A stretch of 64,000 bases of DNA from Bacteroidota bacterium. GTDB taxonomy: Bacteria; Bacteroidota; Bacteroidia; Flavobacteriales_D; Crocinitomicaceae. Shown here piece after piece: positions 47,213 through 55,907 of this stretch (within the stretch, counting starts at the first letter, position 1; each line of letters starts with the position of its first letter). The stretch covers positions 140,802-204,801 of the forward strand of contig JAZKEB010000002.1 of NCBI GenBank assembly GCA_040387295.1, in the 5' to 3' direction. The translations under genes and the position numbers were made by a program. The notes beneath the pieces were generated by a model. The model searched no databases, was not told where the DNA came from, and saw nothing but the letters and a program-made list of their open reading frames with translations.

Positions 47213-50014
47213 TCAATGTGCGTCCAACCAATTATCCGCCAATTCCATTTCCACTTCCATCGGAACAGCAAGTTGAATAGCGCCTTCCATGGCCGTTTTT
47301 ACCAGTTTTTTCATGACTTCTTCTTCGCCTTTCAGGATATCAAAGACCAATTCATCATGTACCTGTAAGATCATTTTGGATTGTACGTTGGCTTCCGTCA
47401 TGGCTTTGTCCACCGCTACCATGGCCAGTTTTACGATATCGGCTGCCGAACCCTGAATCGGAGCATTAATGGCATTTCGTTCGGCAAAACCACGTACAAC
47501 TGCGTTGGCAGAATTGATATCCGGCAGGTAACGACGGCGTTGCATGATCGTTTCCACGTAACCGTTTTCGCGGGCATTTTTCACTGCATTGTCCATGTAG
47601 CCCTTGATAGTAGAATACTGCGCAAAATAGCTGTCGATGATTTGCTTGGCTTCAGTACGACTGATTCCCAGGTTTTGGGATAAACCAAACGCTGATTGAC
47701 CATAAATGATCCCGAAGTTGACTGCTTTGGCCGCGCTACGCTGGTCTTTGCTTACTTCTTCCAGCTCGGTATGGAACACTTTTGAAGCGGTTGCCTTGTG
47801 AATGTCGACCCCGTCTTTAAATGCCTGGATCATGGATGTATCGTTGCTCAACGCGGCAATAACGCGCAATTCGATCTGGGAATAATCGGCCGACATCAGT
47901 TGATGTTCTTTGTCACGTGAAATGAATGCCCGACGGATTTCCTTTCCGCGATCGGTGCGGATCGGAATGTTCTGTAAGTTGGGATTGTTGGAACTCAAAC
48001 GACCGGTTGCCGTAACAGTTTGCATAAAGCTTGTATGAACACGCCCGTCTACTCTATCCAACATCGTAGGAAGCGGATCTACATACGTCGATTTCAGCTT
48101 GCGCATCTGGCGGTAATCGAGGATCATTCCAATAATCGGGTGATCGTTTTTATGCTGCTGCAAAATATCTTCGGAAGTCGCATATTGACCTGTTTTGGTC
48201 TTTTTCGCTTTGGCCGAAATTTTCATGTGGTCAAACAGCACTTCGCCCAGTTGTTTGGGGGAATCAAGGTTAAAGTCCATTCCGGCTTCGGCCTTGATGC
48301 TTTTCTCCAGTTCACCGGTTTCGGTTTCCAATTGTTTGGAATACTTTTTCAAGTGATCCACATCAATGGCCACACCTTCGTTTTCCATTTTCGCCAAAAC
48401 AGTTACCAACGGCATTTCGATGGTATGGAATAAATGGCGCAGGTGATCTTTCTCGATTTGCGGTGCAAACAATTGTTTCAACTGGAAAGTAATATCGGCA
48501 TCCTCGCAGGCGTAATCCACAATTTGTTCCTGCGGTAAATCGCCCATATTGCCCTGATTTTTTCCTTTTTTACCGATCAATGTTTCAATGCTTACCGGCT
48601 GGTATTGCAGGTAATATTGCGCCAGAAAATCCATTCCCTGCTTGGCTTCGGGTTGAATGAGGTAATGCGCTATCATGGTGTCGAACAATGGTCCGTCCAG
48701 CCCCAAATCGTAGCGCATCAACACTTTCATATCGTATTTCAGGTTGTGTGCGATTTTCTCAATGGTTTTCGATTGAAAGAACGGCGCAAACTCGTGAATG
48801 ATCTTTTTCGCCGCATCAAATTCTTTCGGAAACGAAACGTAATAAGCCTCACGCTCCTGGAAACAAAAGGAAGCTCCTACCAAATCGGCGTGCATAGCCT
48901 CAATATCGGTGGTTTCGGTATCAAAACACACCGAAGTTTGTTGCATCAGTTTTGCCAGCAATTCTGCACGTTCTTCCGGCAGGGAAACATGATGGTAGCT
49001 CGGTTTTTCGGTCGCAATGGTTTTATAGCCTGCAGTTGGTGTAGCTTGCTGTACTTCCACCAAACTTTGCGTGCCGAACAGGTCCAGCTGACCGTTTTCT
49101 CCGGTAGCCGATGTTACCACGATTTCTTCTCCGATCACACGTTTTGCGAGGTTACGGAATTCGAGTTCGGTAAAAATTTCCTTTACTTTTTCGGCATCGG
49201 GTTTATCCAGGCGTAAATCGAGCGGATCAAACGGAACCGGAACATCGATAATAATGGTAGCCAGCATTTTGGAAAGTCGCCCCTGTTCCTCGAACGCGAT
49301 CACGTTTTCCTTCATTTTTCCTTTCAGGTCGTCGGTGTTTTTGAACAGTTCTTCCATTGAACCGTAATCCTGAATGAGTTTTTTGGCCGTTTTTTCGCCA
49401 ATTCCGGGAATTCCGGGGATATTATCGACCGCATCACCCCACAAACCGAGGATATCAATGACTTGCAGCGGATCTTTTACTTCAAATTTTTCGCACACTT
49501 CCTTCACGCCCATGACCGAAGCAGGATCGCCGCCACGTCCGGGCTTGTAGATGAAAATATTTTCGCTTACCAACTGCCCGAAATCCTTATCGGGCGTCAT
49601 CATATAGGTGATAAATCCTTCTTCTTCGGCGCGTTTGGCCAACGTTCCAATAATATCATCGGCTTCAAAACCTTCCAGCAACAATACCGGAATGTGGAAT
49701 GCTTCCAGAATTCGTTTGATCGGTTCGATCATGGAACGGATATCTTCAGGCATTTCGTCGCGATTGGCCTTGTAGTGTTCGTAATCGGCCGTTCGATTGG
49801 TTGCTCCGCCTGGTGCATCGAAAACCACTGCGAGATGCGTGGGTTGTTCTTTTTGGATCACATCGATCAGCGCATTGGTAAACCCAAATGCAGCAGAGGT
49901 GTTCTGGCCTTTCGAGTTGACGCGCGGATTTTTGGCAAACGCAAAATAAGCGCGGTAAATCAAGGCGAAAGCGTCTAATAAAAAGAGTTTTTTTTCTGCA
50001 ACCGGAGTAAGCAT
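47213..50014 (-). CDS. polA: DNA polymerase I
   Basis: 5'-3' exonuclease (LLDAFALIYRAYFAF, EADD, GDAVDNIPG), 3'-5' exonuclease (FDTET), and polymerase ADYSQIELR, KAVNFGIIYG and QVHDEL. Confidence 0.98.
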   Translation of the reverse strand: MLTPVAEKKLFLLDAFALIYRAYFAFAKNPRVNSKGQNTSAAFGFTNALIDVIQKEQPTHLAVVFDAPGGATNRTADYEHYKANRDEMPEDIRSMIEPIKRILEAFHIPVLLLEGFEADDIIGTLAKRAEEEGFITYMMTPDKDFGQLVSENIFIYKPGRGGDPASVMGVKEVCEKFEVKDPLQVIDILGLWGDAVDNIPGIPGIGEKTAKKLIQDYGSMEELFKNTDDLKGKMKENVIAFEEQGRLSKMLATIIIDVPVPFDPLDLRLDKPDAEKVKEIFTELEFRNLAKRVIGEEIVVTSATGENGQLDLFGTQSLVEVQQATPTAGYKTIATEKPSYHHVSLPEERAELLAKLMQQTSVCFDTETTDIEAMHADLVGASFCFQEREAYYVSFPKEFDAAKKIIHEFAPFFQSKTIEKIAHNLKYDMKVLMRYDLGLDGPLFDTMIAHYLIQPEAKQGMDFLAQYYLQYQPVSIETLIGKKGKNQGNMGDLPQEQIVDYACEDADITFQLKQLFAPQIEKDHLRHLFHTIEMPLVTVLAKMENEGVAIDVDHLKKYSKQLETETGELEKSIKAEAGMDFNLDSPKQLGEVLFDHMKISAKAKKTKTGQYATSEDILQQHKNDHPIIGMILDYRQMRKLKSTYVDPLPTMLDRVDGRVHTSFMQTVTATGRLSSNNPNLQNIPIRTDRGKEIRRAFISRDKEHQLMSADYSQIELRVIAALSNDTSMIQAFKDGVDIHKATASKVFHTELEEVSKDQRSAAKAVNFGIIYGQSAFGLSQNLGISRTEAKQIIDSYFAQYSTIKGYMDNAVKNARENGYVETIMQRRRYLPDINSANAVVRGFAERNAINAPIQGSAADIVKLAMVAVDKAMTEANVQSKMILQVHDELVFDILKGEEEVMKKLVKTAMEGAIQLAVPMEVEMELADNWLDAH

Positions 50015-50181
50015 AACCGAATTTTGAAGTGAGATACAAGTTTAAGGAAAAAAGTAGGATCGCAGTTATACAGTTGACAGTTTCGTTCGTTATGCAAGTT
50101 TGATGTGCTCTTCAGTTGAGGGTTCAAAAATCAGCTGATTAGACATGTCTCGTCCATTTTCAGTTTCAAAACTGAGCGTAA

Positions 50182-50247
50182 GTTCCCAATATTACGAACA
50201 CGAACGGAAGTTCGGGATATTGGGAACGCGTTCGTAATATCCCGAAC
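50182..50247. promoter_or_regulatory. Three copies of an 18-bp palindromic motif GTTC-NN-RATATY-NN-GAAC
   Basis: Copies at 50182-50199, 50210-50227 and 50230-50247, in the divergent polA/ECF intergenic region. Confidence 0.5.
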
Positions 50248-50336
50248 TTGCTCAAAAAATCAAATACCCGATTAAAAAAACCGGTTTGCGCAAGTTTTTT
50301 AACTTCAAGTCATCTAACAATATAAATAGCGAATAA

Positions 50337-50915
50337 TTGATCGATGTGGTAAGTGTTGCGGCATTACAAACAGGGAGCCCTGAAGCTTTCGGCTTGCTCG
50401 TGGATCAATATTCGGATAAAATTTACAGGTTGGTTTATAGCATTGTGCAACGGCAGGAAGAAGCGGAAGACATCACACAAGAGGTCTTTACAACCGTTTT
50501 TACTTCTGTTGCCCGCTTCAAAGGTGACTCGTTGATTTCGACCTGGATGTACCGGATTGCGGTAAACAAATGTCAGGAATTCCTGAGGAAACAATCGCGC
50601 GGAAAACGATCCGGCAAACATGTGACCTACGAACAGGTACAAGGTACGTCGCAGCACATGAGCTCGTCGTACATGCACCCGGGAAATGAACTCGAAAATC
50701 AGGAACGCGGGATCATTCTTGCAAACGCAATGAATCAATTAACCGAACAACAGCGAATTGCCTTCACCATGAACAAACAGGAAGGCTTTTCTTACGAGGA
50801 GATTGCGCAGGTGATGAACTTGTCAAAATCCTCTATCGAATCGCTGATTTTCAGGGCTAAAAAGCAATTACAGGTATTGCTGGCCGCTTATTATGATGAA
50901 CACATTAACCGATAA
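50337..50915 (+). CDS. ECF RNA polymerase sigma factor
   Basis: AEDITQEVF, STWMYRIAVN (region 2) and GFSYEEIA...SLIFRAK (region 4). Confidence 0.93.
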   Translation: MIDVVSVAALQTGSPEAFGLLVDQYSDKIYRLVYSIVQRQEEAEDITQEVFTTVFTSVARFKGDSLISTWMYRIAVNKCQEFLRKQSRGKRSGKHVTYEQVQGTSQHMSSSYMHPGNELENQERGIILANAMNQLTEQQRIAFTMNKQEGFSYEEIAQVMNLSKSSIESLIFRAKKQLQVLLAAYYDEHINR

Positions 50916-50927
50916 TTTTTTTGCGTC

Positions 50928-51209
50928 ATGGAACCAAAAGAACAATGGATAGAAGAAACGATCAATAGCCTTGAAGGATTGAAACAGGTAACTGCTTCCG
51001 GGGAATTGAAAAACCGTTTGAAAAGCATTCCGATTACTATTAGTCCGGGAATCCGGGTAATGGTACCCAAGCGATCGATCTGGCTGGCAGCGGCAAGTAT
51101 CGTACTCATCATCGGTATCAACATTACGGCTATTTACGCCACACAGCAACAAACCACCGATACCGAAACCGTTGAAGCTGATTATTTCACGTACCTCAAT
51201 CAATTGTGA
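50928..51209 (+). CDS. Small single-TM putative anti-sigma factor
   Basis: Directly after the ECF gene; WLAAASIVLIIGIN TM segment. Confidence 0.65.
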   Translation: MEPKEQWIEETINSLEGLKQVTASGELKNRLKSIPITISPGIRVMVPKRSIWLAAASIVLIIGINITAIYATQQQTTDTETVEADYFTYLNQL

Positions 51210-51694
51210 TGGAAAAAACGCGATTTTACAAATTGGTGATCCTGGTATTGGTAATGGTGAATTTAACCACGCTCTACTTCTACTGGAATGGCTGTTCGAC
51301 CGAAGAACACCACCGTCATCACGGTCCGCCACCCCGAAAAAGCCTGGTCACGGTACTTTCATTGACAGGAACGGCAAAACAGCGCGTTCATTCGCTTGAA
51401 AAAGATCATTTTCGGGTGAAAGATTCGCTGATCGATGTCAGTCGCCGGCTTCACGAAGAGTTGTTTGTCTCGTTTAAAGATCCTTCCAAAGACAGTACTT
51501 CCATTCAGCAACTGATCGACCACATCGTGGAAAATCAACGCGAGACTGAACAAATGACCTTCGATTATTTTAAAGAGGTGGAAAAACTGTGTACTCCTGC
51601 TCAAAAGAAGCAATTGCAAAAGATGATTCACGGTGCGTTGTTGAGGGTCAATCCACCTCCGCCACCTCGTCACGGAAGAAGAGAACATCCTTAA
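51206..51694 (+). CDS. Periplasmic Spy/CpxP/ZraP-like (heavy-metal sensor) protein
   Basis: N-terminal TM, His/Pro-rich EEHHRHHGPPP, helical body, CTPAQK (LTxEQ-like). Confidence 0.7.
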   Translation: MMEKTRFYKLVILVLVMVNLTTLYFYWNGCSTEEHHRHHGPPPRKSLVTVLSLTGTAKQRVHSLEKDHFRVKDSLIDVSRRLHEELFVSFKDPSKDSTSIQQLIDHIVENQRETEQMTFDYFKEVEKLCTPAQKKQLQKMIHGALLRVNPPPPPRHGRREHP

Positions 51695-51746
51695 ACGCAG
51701 GTTTATTCGAATTAAAATCTCCAATACTTTAATAAAGCTAAAAACT

Positions 51747-53090
51747 ATGAAAAAAACGTGCCTCGGAATTGCTTTGGTTCTCTCCACCATTAGCAATGCG
51801 CAAAGTCCTGCCATTACATCATGGCTCATTAATACAACAAATGCTACCGGAAGCCATTACGTTATGGGCAATGGTACTCCCATTTCCGACGCCACGCTGG
51901 CCAATGTGCAAACCGTTCAGTATTCGGCAAGTTGGGTGTACGTTTCCACAAAAGGAATTCCGACCTACCCGACCGGGCCGTTTTTAGATGGCAATCCGTC
52001 ATTAGCGACTTCTCAAAATGCGATCTTCAAATTTCCGCTTTCTCCGGTGGAAAACACAGGAACTCCAACCAATACAACTGGCGGGAATATCGGTGTTTTT
52101 ATCAATGGTGTTGCCCTGTTTGATTACCGCGATGGCGTTTCCTGGAAAAATTCGACCAGTGCTTTGGCCGGCGGACCATTAGGCGGAATGGGTGACGGTG
52201 TTTGGAACCGTGACGCCGTAGTTGCTGAAATGGAAGGTTTCGATTGTTCGAAAGGCCACCCGGCAATGGGAAATTACCATCATCACCAAAATCCGAGTGC
52301 CTACAATCTTGATTTGACGGTGATTTCAGACATTTGCGATATCTACGCAGCCGACGGTTTATACGCCATTAACGCATCTGTTCATTCTCCGCTGATCGGT
52401 TTTGCCTACGACGGTTTCCCTATTTACGGTGCTTACGGCTACAAAAACACCGACGGAACAGGTGGAATTGTGCGCATCAATTCGGGTTACCAATTGCGAA
52501 ATATTAGCACAAGAACAGTTTATGCCGATGGAACCGACGTAACTGACGGTCCGGCTGTGAATGCAACTTATCCGCTCGGTTTGTTCCGTGAAGATTACGA
52601 ATTTGTTGCAAACGTGGAACCGGAATACCTGGATGAACACAACGGTCGTTTCTGCGTTACTCCCGAATATCCTGCCGGGACGTATTGTTATTTCGCGACT
52701 GTAGACGAAAATTGGAACTCGGCTTATCCGTATGCTGTTGGTCCTACATTTTACGGGATGAAAACGGCCGCTAAAGTCCCTTCGATTACAGAAACGGTTA
52801 CCACATACGATCCTTCTGCAGCTAGTGTGGATGAAAACGTGAGTGTTTCGTTTAATGTGTTCCCGAATCCTTCGGCTGATGTGGTGATTGTGCAGGCATT
52901 CGGTGCTCACAGTAGTGATATTGCCGTTGAATTGTGGGACATGAACGGAAAATTAATTCAAACACAATCCATTCTTCAGGGAAGTACCATTTGTTATTTC
53001 CCGGTTGCTGATCTGCAAAGCGGAACGTATATCATTCACGTGCAGGGAAATGTAGCAGCAAAAGACTATTCGATTGTAATTGCTGAATAA
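51747..53090 (+). CDS. YHYH-domain protein with T9SS CTD
   Basis: IGVFINGV, GNYHHH, HSPLIGFAYDGFPIYG and LDEHNGRF...YCYFAT; CTD VFPNPS. Confidence 0.85.
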   Translation: MKKTCLGIALVLSTISNAQSPAITSWLINTTNATGSHYVMGNGTPISDATLANVQTVQYSASWVYVSTKGIPTYPTGPFLDGNPSLATSQNAIFKFPLSPVENTGTPTNTTGGNIGVFINGVALFDYRDGVSWKNSTSALAGGPLGGMGDGVWNRDAVVAEMEGFDCSKGHPAMGNYHHHQNPSAYNLDLTVISDICDIYAADGLYAINASVHSPLIGFAYDGFPIYGAYGYKNTDGTGGIVRINSGYQLRNISTRTVYADGTDVTDGPAVNATYPLGLFREDYEFVANVEPEYLDEHNGRFCVTPEYPAGTYCYFATVDENWNSAYPYAVGPTFYGMKTAAKVPSITETVTTYDPSAASVDENVSVSFNVFPNPSADVVIVQAFGAHSSDIAVELWDMNGKLIQTQSILQGSTICYFPVADLQSGTYIIHVQGNVAAKDYSIVIAE

Positions 53091-53110
53091 TAAAAAATAG
53101 TGCAGGGAAT

Positions 53111-53148
53111 AAGCGTGGGTTGTAACTTGCCCGCGCTTGTTTTGTTTT
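53111..53148 (+). terminator. Intrinsic terminator
   Basis: AAGCGTGGG...CCCGCGCTT followed by GTTTTGTTTT. Confidence 0.65.
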
Positions 53149-53184
53149 AAGACGGTCTGCAGGCCAGTAAAAACAGACTTCTTT

Positions 53185-53360
53185 GAAATGTGTAAAATTG
53201 TAAAATTGGCCAATTTTAAATATGTAGACTTTTAGAATTTTACACTTTTCTCCCGAAAATTTGACCCAAATTTCCAGCTGGAAATTTCCAAATTTACCAT
53301 ATGGCAAATTTGGAAATTTGAAACTTTGCTCCTGAAAATCTGCCAATTTTCCAAATCCGA
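53185..53360. repeat. AAATTT-core octamer repeats with embedded palindromes
   Basis: (G/C)(G/C)AAATTT units; perfect palindrome AAATTTCCAG|CTGGAAATTT at 53268-53287. Confidence 0.6.
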
Positions 53361-53468
53361 AAACCGACCTACTTACCCCTTTCCTTTCTCTTGGTGTTAA
53401 CACCTCCACGCTAATAACTCCCTCTCACAGCGCGTATTCACCTTTCATTTTGACCTTACCTTCGCTGA

Positions 53469-55079
53469 GTGAAAAAGGTCATCATCATTATCCTTAGTTA
53501 TTCGCTTGTTTTTGTTGTGGGTTATCTCACTGTGGGAATCATCCTTCATTTTGCGAAACCAGAGGTGAAAATGTTGCCTGCATTTATTGAGGATGCCTTG
53601 CCGGAAGTTGAAAGCGAAACTCAACTATCTCTGCAACAACAGTCCCTTGAGGGCATGGATTACCGCTTGCTGACTCCAACCGATTTTGACACCACCGTTC
53701 CCATTTACTTCAACGAAGATTACAACGACGCAAACGGTATTTTTTGTTTTAGGGGAAATGCGCAGCGCAATCATCCTACACGCGGTGTAATCAGCGAAAA
53801 ACCTTCAAAAGTAGAACTTGACTGGGTTTTTGAAACCGCCTATGATTCCCGCATGACCGATTTCGGCGTTTGGGGTGGTGGCAGTGGCTGGACAGGCCAA
53901 CCGTTGGTGATTCGCTGGCCCGAAGAGCAACGCAGGCAATTATTTGAACTTGATCCCGAATTTTTAGCAAAGGAACAGTTCAAGGAAGTGATCGTAGGAT
54001 CGCTTTCGGGCAATATTTATTTCCTTGATTTTGAAACCGGAAAGGCTACACGGCCACACCTGAGTATCGGCAATCCGATCAAAGGAACTGTTTCCGTTGA
54101 TCCCCGCATGAACGGACTCATGACCGTTGGTCAAGGCATTCCAAACGGTGATCGGTTTGGAGCTTATTTGTTCGATATGTTCGCAGGCAAAGAAGTCGAT
54201 TACCGTGCGGGAATGGATCAGACTTCTCGCCGATTGTGGGGAGCACACGATAGCAATCCATTGTTTGATGCCGAAACCGGATCGCTGTTCTGGCCTGCAG
54301 AAAACGGACAGATTTACAAAACGATTCTTTCGTCCGACAAGACCTTTGGTGCAGTCCAGAAATTCAATTATGGCGTGCAGCAACGCCCCGATCTCGGATT
54401 GGAAGCAAGCATGGGTGCCTATAAAAATCTTGGTTTCTTTGGCGACAACGGCGGAAATGTATTTTGCCTCAACCTTACAACGATGCGACCCGTTTGGTTG
54501 TTCGACAATATCGACGATACCGATGCCAGTATGGTCATTGAAACGGAAGGAAAAACGCCGTTCCTGTATCTGGGCAATGAGGTCGACAAACAAGGACCGA
54601 CCGGAACAGCCTATATCCGCAAGCTGAATGCGCTTACAGGAAAAGAACAATGGCATTTCAGCCGACCTTGCAGTGGCTCAAACGTAGGCGGAAAAGCCAA
54701 TAGCGGTGGCGTTTTGGCGACTGTACTTCCAGGAAAGGAAAAAGCAAAAGACTTGGTTTTCGGCATTTTCTCGCGCACAAACGACAGCATGAAAGGCGAA
54801 TTTGTAGCCATCGACAAACAAACCGGCAAAGAGCGCTATTCCATTCCGATGGATGCCTACTCATGGGCTTCTCCCATCGATATCTACGATAAAAAAGGCA
54901 ATTGTTACATTTTCTTCACCGATGTATATGGTACTATTTACCTCATCGACGGTGTAACGGGAACCATTATCCACAAGGAAAAAACGGGTTACGTGTTTGA
55001 ATCGTCGCCTGTAGCCTGGGGCAACCGCATTGTGGTGGGAACCCGTGGAAAAACAATCCTGAGTTTTTTGGTCTCGTAG
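53469..55079 (+). CDS. Membrane-anchored PQQ-like beta-propeller protein
   Basis: N-terminal TM, FRGNAQR, GWTGQP, repeated LD/IDxxTGK Trp-docking motifs, ESSPVAW. Confidence 0.75.
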   Translation: MKKVIIIILSYSLVFVVGYLTVGIILHFAKPEVKMLPAFIEDALPEVESETQLSLQQQSLEGMDYRLLTPTDFDTTVPIYFNEDYNDANGIFCFRGNAQRNHPTRGVISEKPSKVELDWVFETAYDSRMTDFGVWGGGSGWTGQPLVIRWPEEQRRQLFELDPEFLAKEQFKEVIVGSLSGNIYFLDFETGKATRPHLSIGNPIKGTVSVDPRMNGLMTVGQGIPNGDRFGAYLFDMFAGKEVDYRAGMDQTSRRLWGAHDSNPLFDAETGSLFWPAENGQIYKTILSSDKTFGAVQKFNYGVQQRPDLGLEASMGAYKNLGFFGDNGGNVFCLNLTTMRPVWLFDNIDDTDASMVIETEGKTPFLYLGNEVDKQGPTGTAYIRKLNALTGKEQWHFSRPCSGSNVGGKANSGGVLATVLPGKEKAKDLVFGIFSRTNDSMKGEFVAIDKQTGKERYSIPMDAYSWASPIDIYDKKGNCYIFFTDVYGTIYLIDGVTGTIIHKEKTGYVFESSPVAWGNRIVVGTRGKTILSFLVS

Positions 55080-55099
55080 GCGCGGGACGCATCCCGCGC
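55076..55099 (+). repeat. GTAG-type REP (family 1)
   Basis: GTAG-GCGCGGGA-CGCA-TCCCGCGC; its TAG is the stop of the upstream gene. Confidence 0.8.
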
Positions 55100-55213
55100 A
55101 ATGCTACACACGCAATGACACCAAAAAGGCGCAATTAATCGCGCCCAAAACACCCAAAAAATCGCGCCATCCGTGCCAAATAATCACACCACATCCGTAT
55201 CATACAAAAGGGT

Positions 55214-55249
55214 AAAAAGCAAGCGGCCCCGGGGTTAGGAGGGCCGCTC
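55214..55249 (-). terminator. Intrinsic terminator on the minus strand
   Basis: AGCGGCCC-TCCTAACCCC-GGGGCCGCT followed by TGCTTTTT. Confidence 0.6.
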
Positions 55250-55419
55250 TGTGTGAATAGTGATCTGTATCTTTAATTCATTCAGATCGTTTAAAAACAG
55301 CAGACTGCCTTAAGCGAACAGTGGTGAAAATCGTGGGTTACCCGTCGAAGACATAGGGTTGAATGTCTTAAAAAAGCAGCCTGCCGTTTTATTTCGTTTT
55401 TAGTGGTTAGTTTCCCACC

Positions 55420-55641
55420 TTATCTTTCGTTCCAAATAAGATGAAAAAATTTCCTTAGTCTATCCTGGTTCATTTGCCAGAAGTTTTCTACAGCTCCTGA
55501 CGAATTACCGACTTTCATAATACAATAAGTCAACTGATTCTTGTCACAGTTTAATTGCTCACACCAATAATCAACATCTTGCATGCTATGCAGGTCTATT
55601 TTACCCGGAGCAGAAGTTAGTATGTTCATCGTCGTAATCAT
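55420..55641 (-). CDS. DUF3606 domain small protein
   Basis: IDLHSMQDVDYWCEQLNCDKNQLTYCIMKVGNS matches the DUF3606 pattern (YW...L...V..VG); TACATTTG on the minus strand at 55671-55678. Confidence 0.7.
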   Translation of the reverse strand: MITTMNILTSAPGKIDLHSMQDVDYWCEQLNCDKNQLTYCIMKVGNSSGAVENFWQMNQDRLRKFFHLIWNER

Positions 55642-55701
55642 CACTCTAGTAATTCAGTTGTTTACTAAGACAAATGTAGGTGACCAATATTTACTAAACA
55701 A

Positions 55702-55760
55702 CCGTATAAATACGGTATTTTTAATGCGGGAAACCGCAATGATTTTTGCGGGAAACCACA
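55702..55760. promoter_or_regulatory. Three phased 14-bp palindromes (candidate response-regulator sites)
   Basis: CCGTA-TAAA-TACGG (55702), TGCGG-GAAA-CCGCA (55725) and TGCGG-GAAA-CCACA (55747); spacings of 23 and 22 bp. Confidence 0.55.
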
Positions 55761-55907
55761 TTTTTAAAAACACCCAACCCCATTAATAAGCTGATAAATA
55801 GTGGCTTGTGTGTTTTTTAACAAAGGAATCGTTGCGTTTACTGAAAACTCAGGGATTGCGGTATTTGAAAATAGCTAATATTGATATGAACTAAAAAATC
55901 TATTGTT

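Noticed and set aside
50201-50214. CGAAC-GGAA-GTTCG resembling a Gram-positive LexA box upstream of polA
   Set aside because: It arises at the junction of the 18-bp repeats, and this box type is not the one expected in Bacteroidota.
53032-53409. 125-aa minus-strand ORF
   Set aside because: Translation of the AAATTT repeat tract; low complexity.
53964-54656. 230-aa minus-strand ORF
   Set aside because: Antisense to the PQQ-propeller gene, with no motifs.
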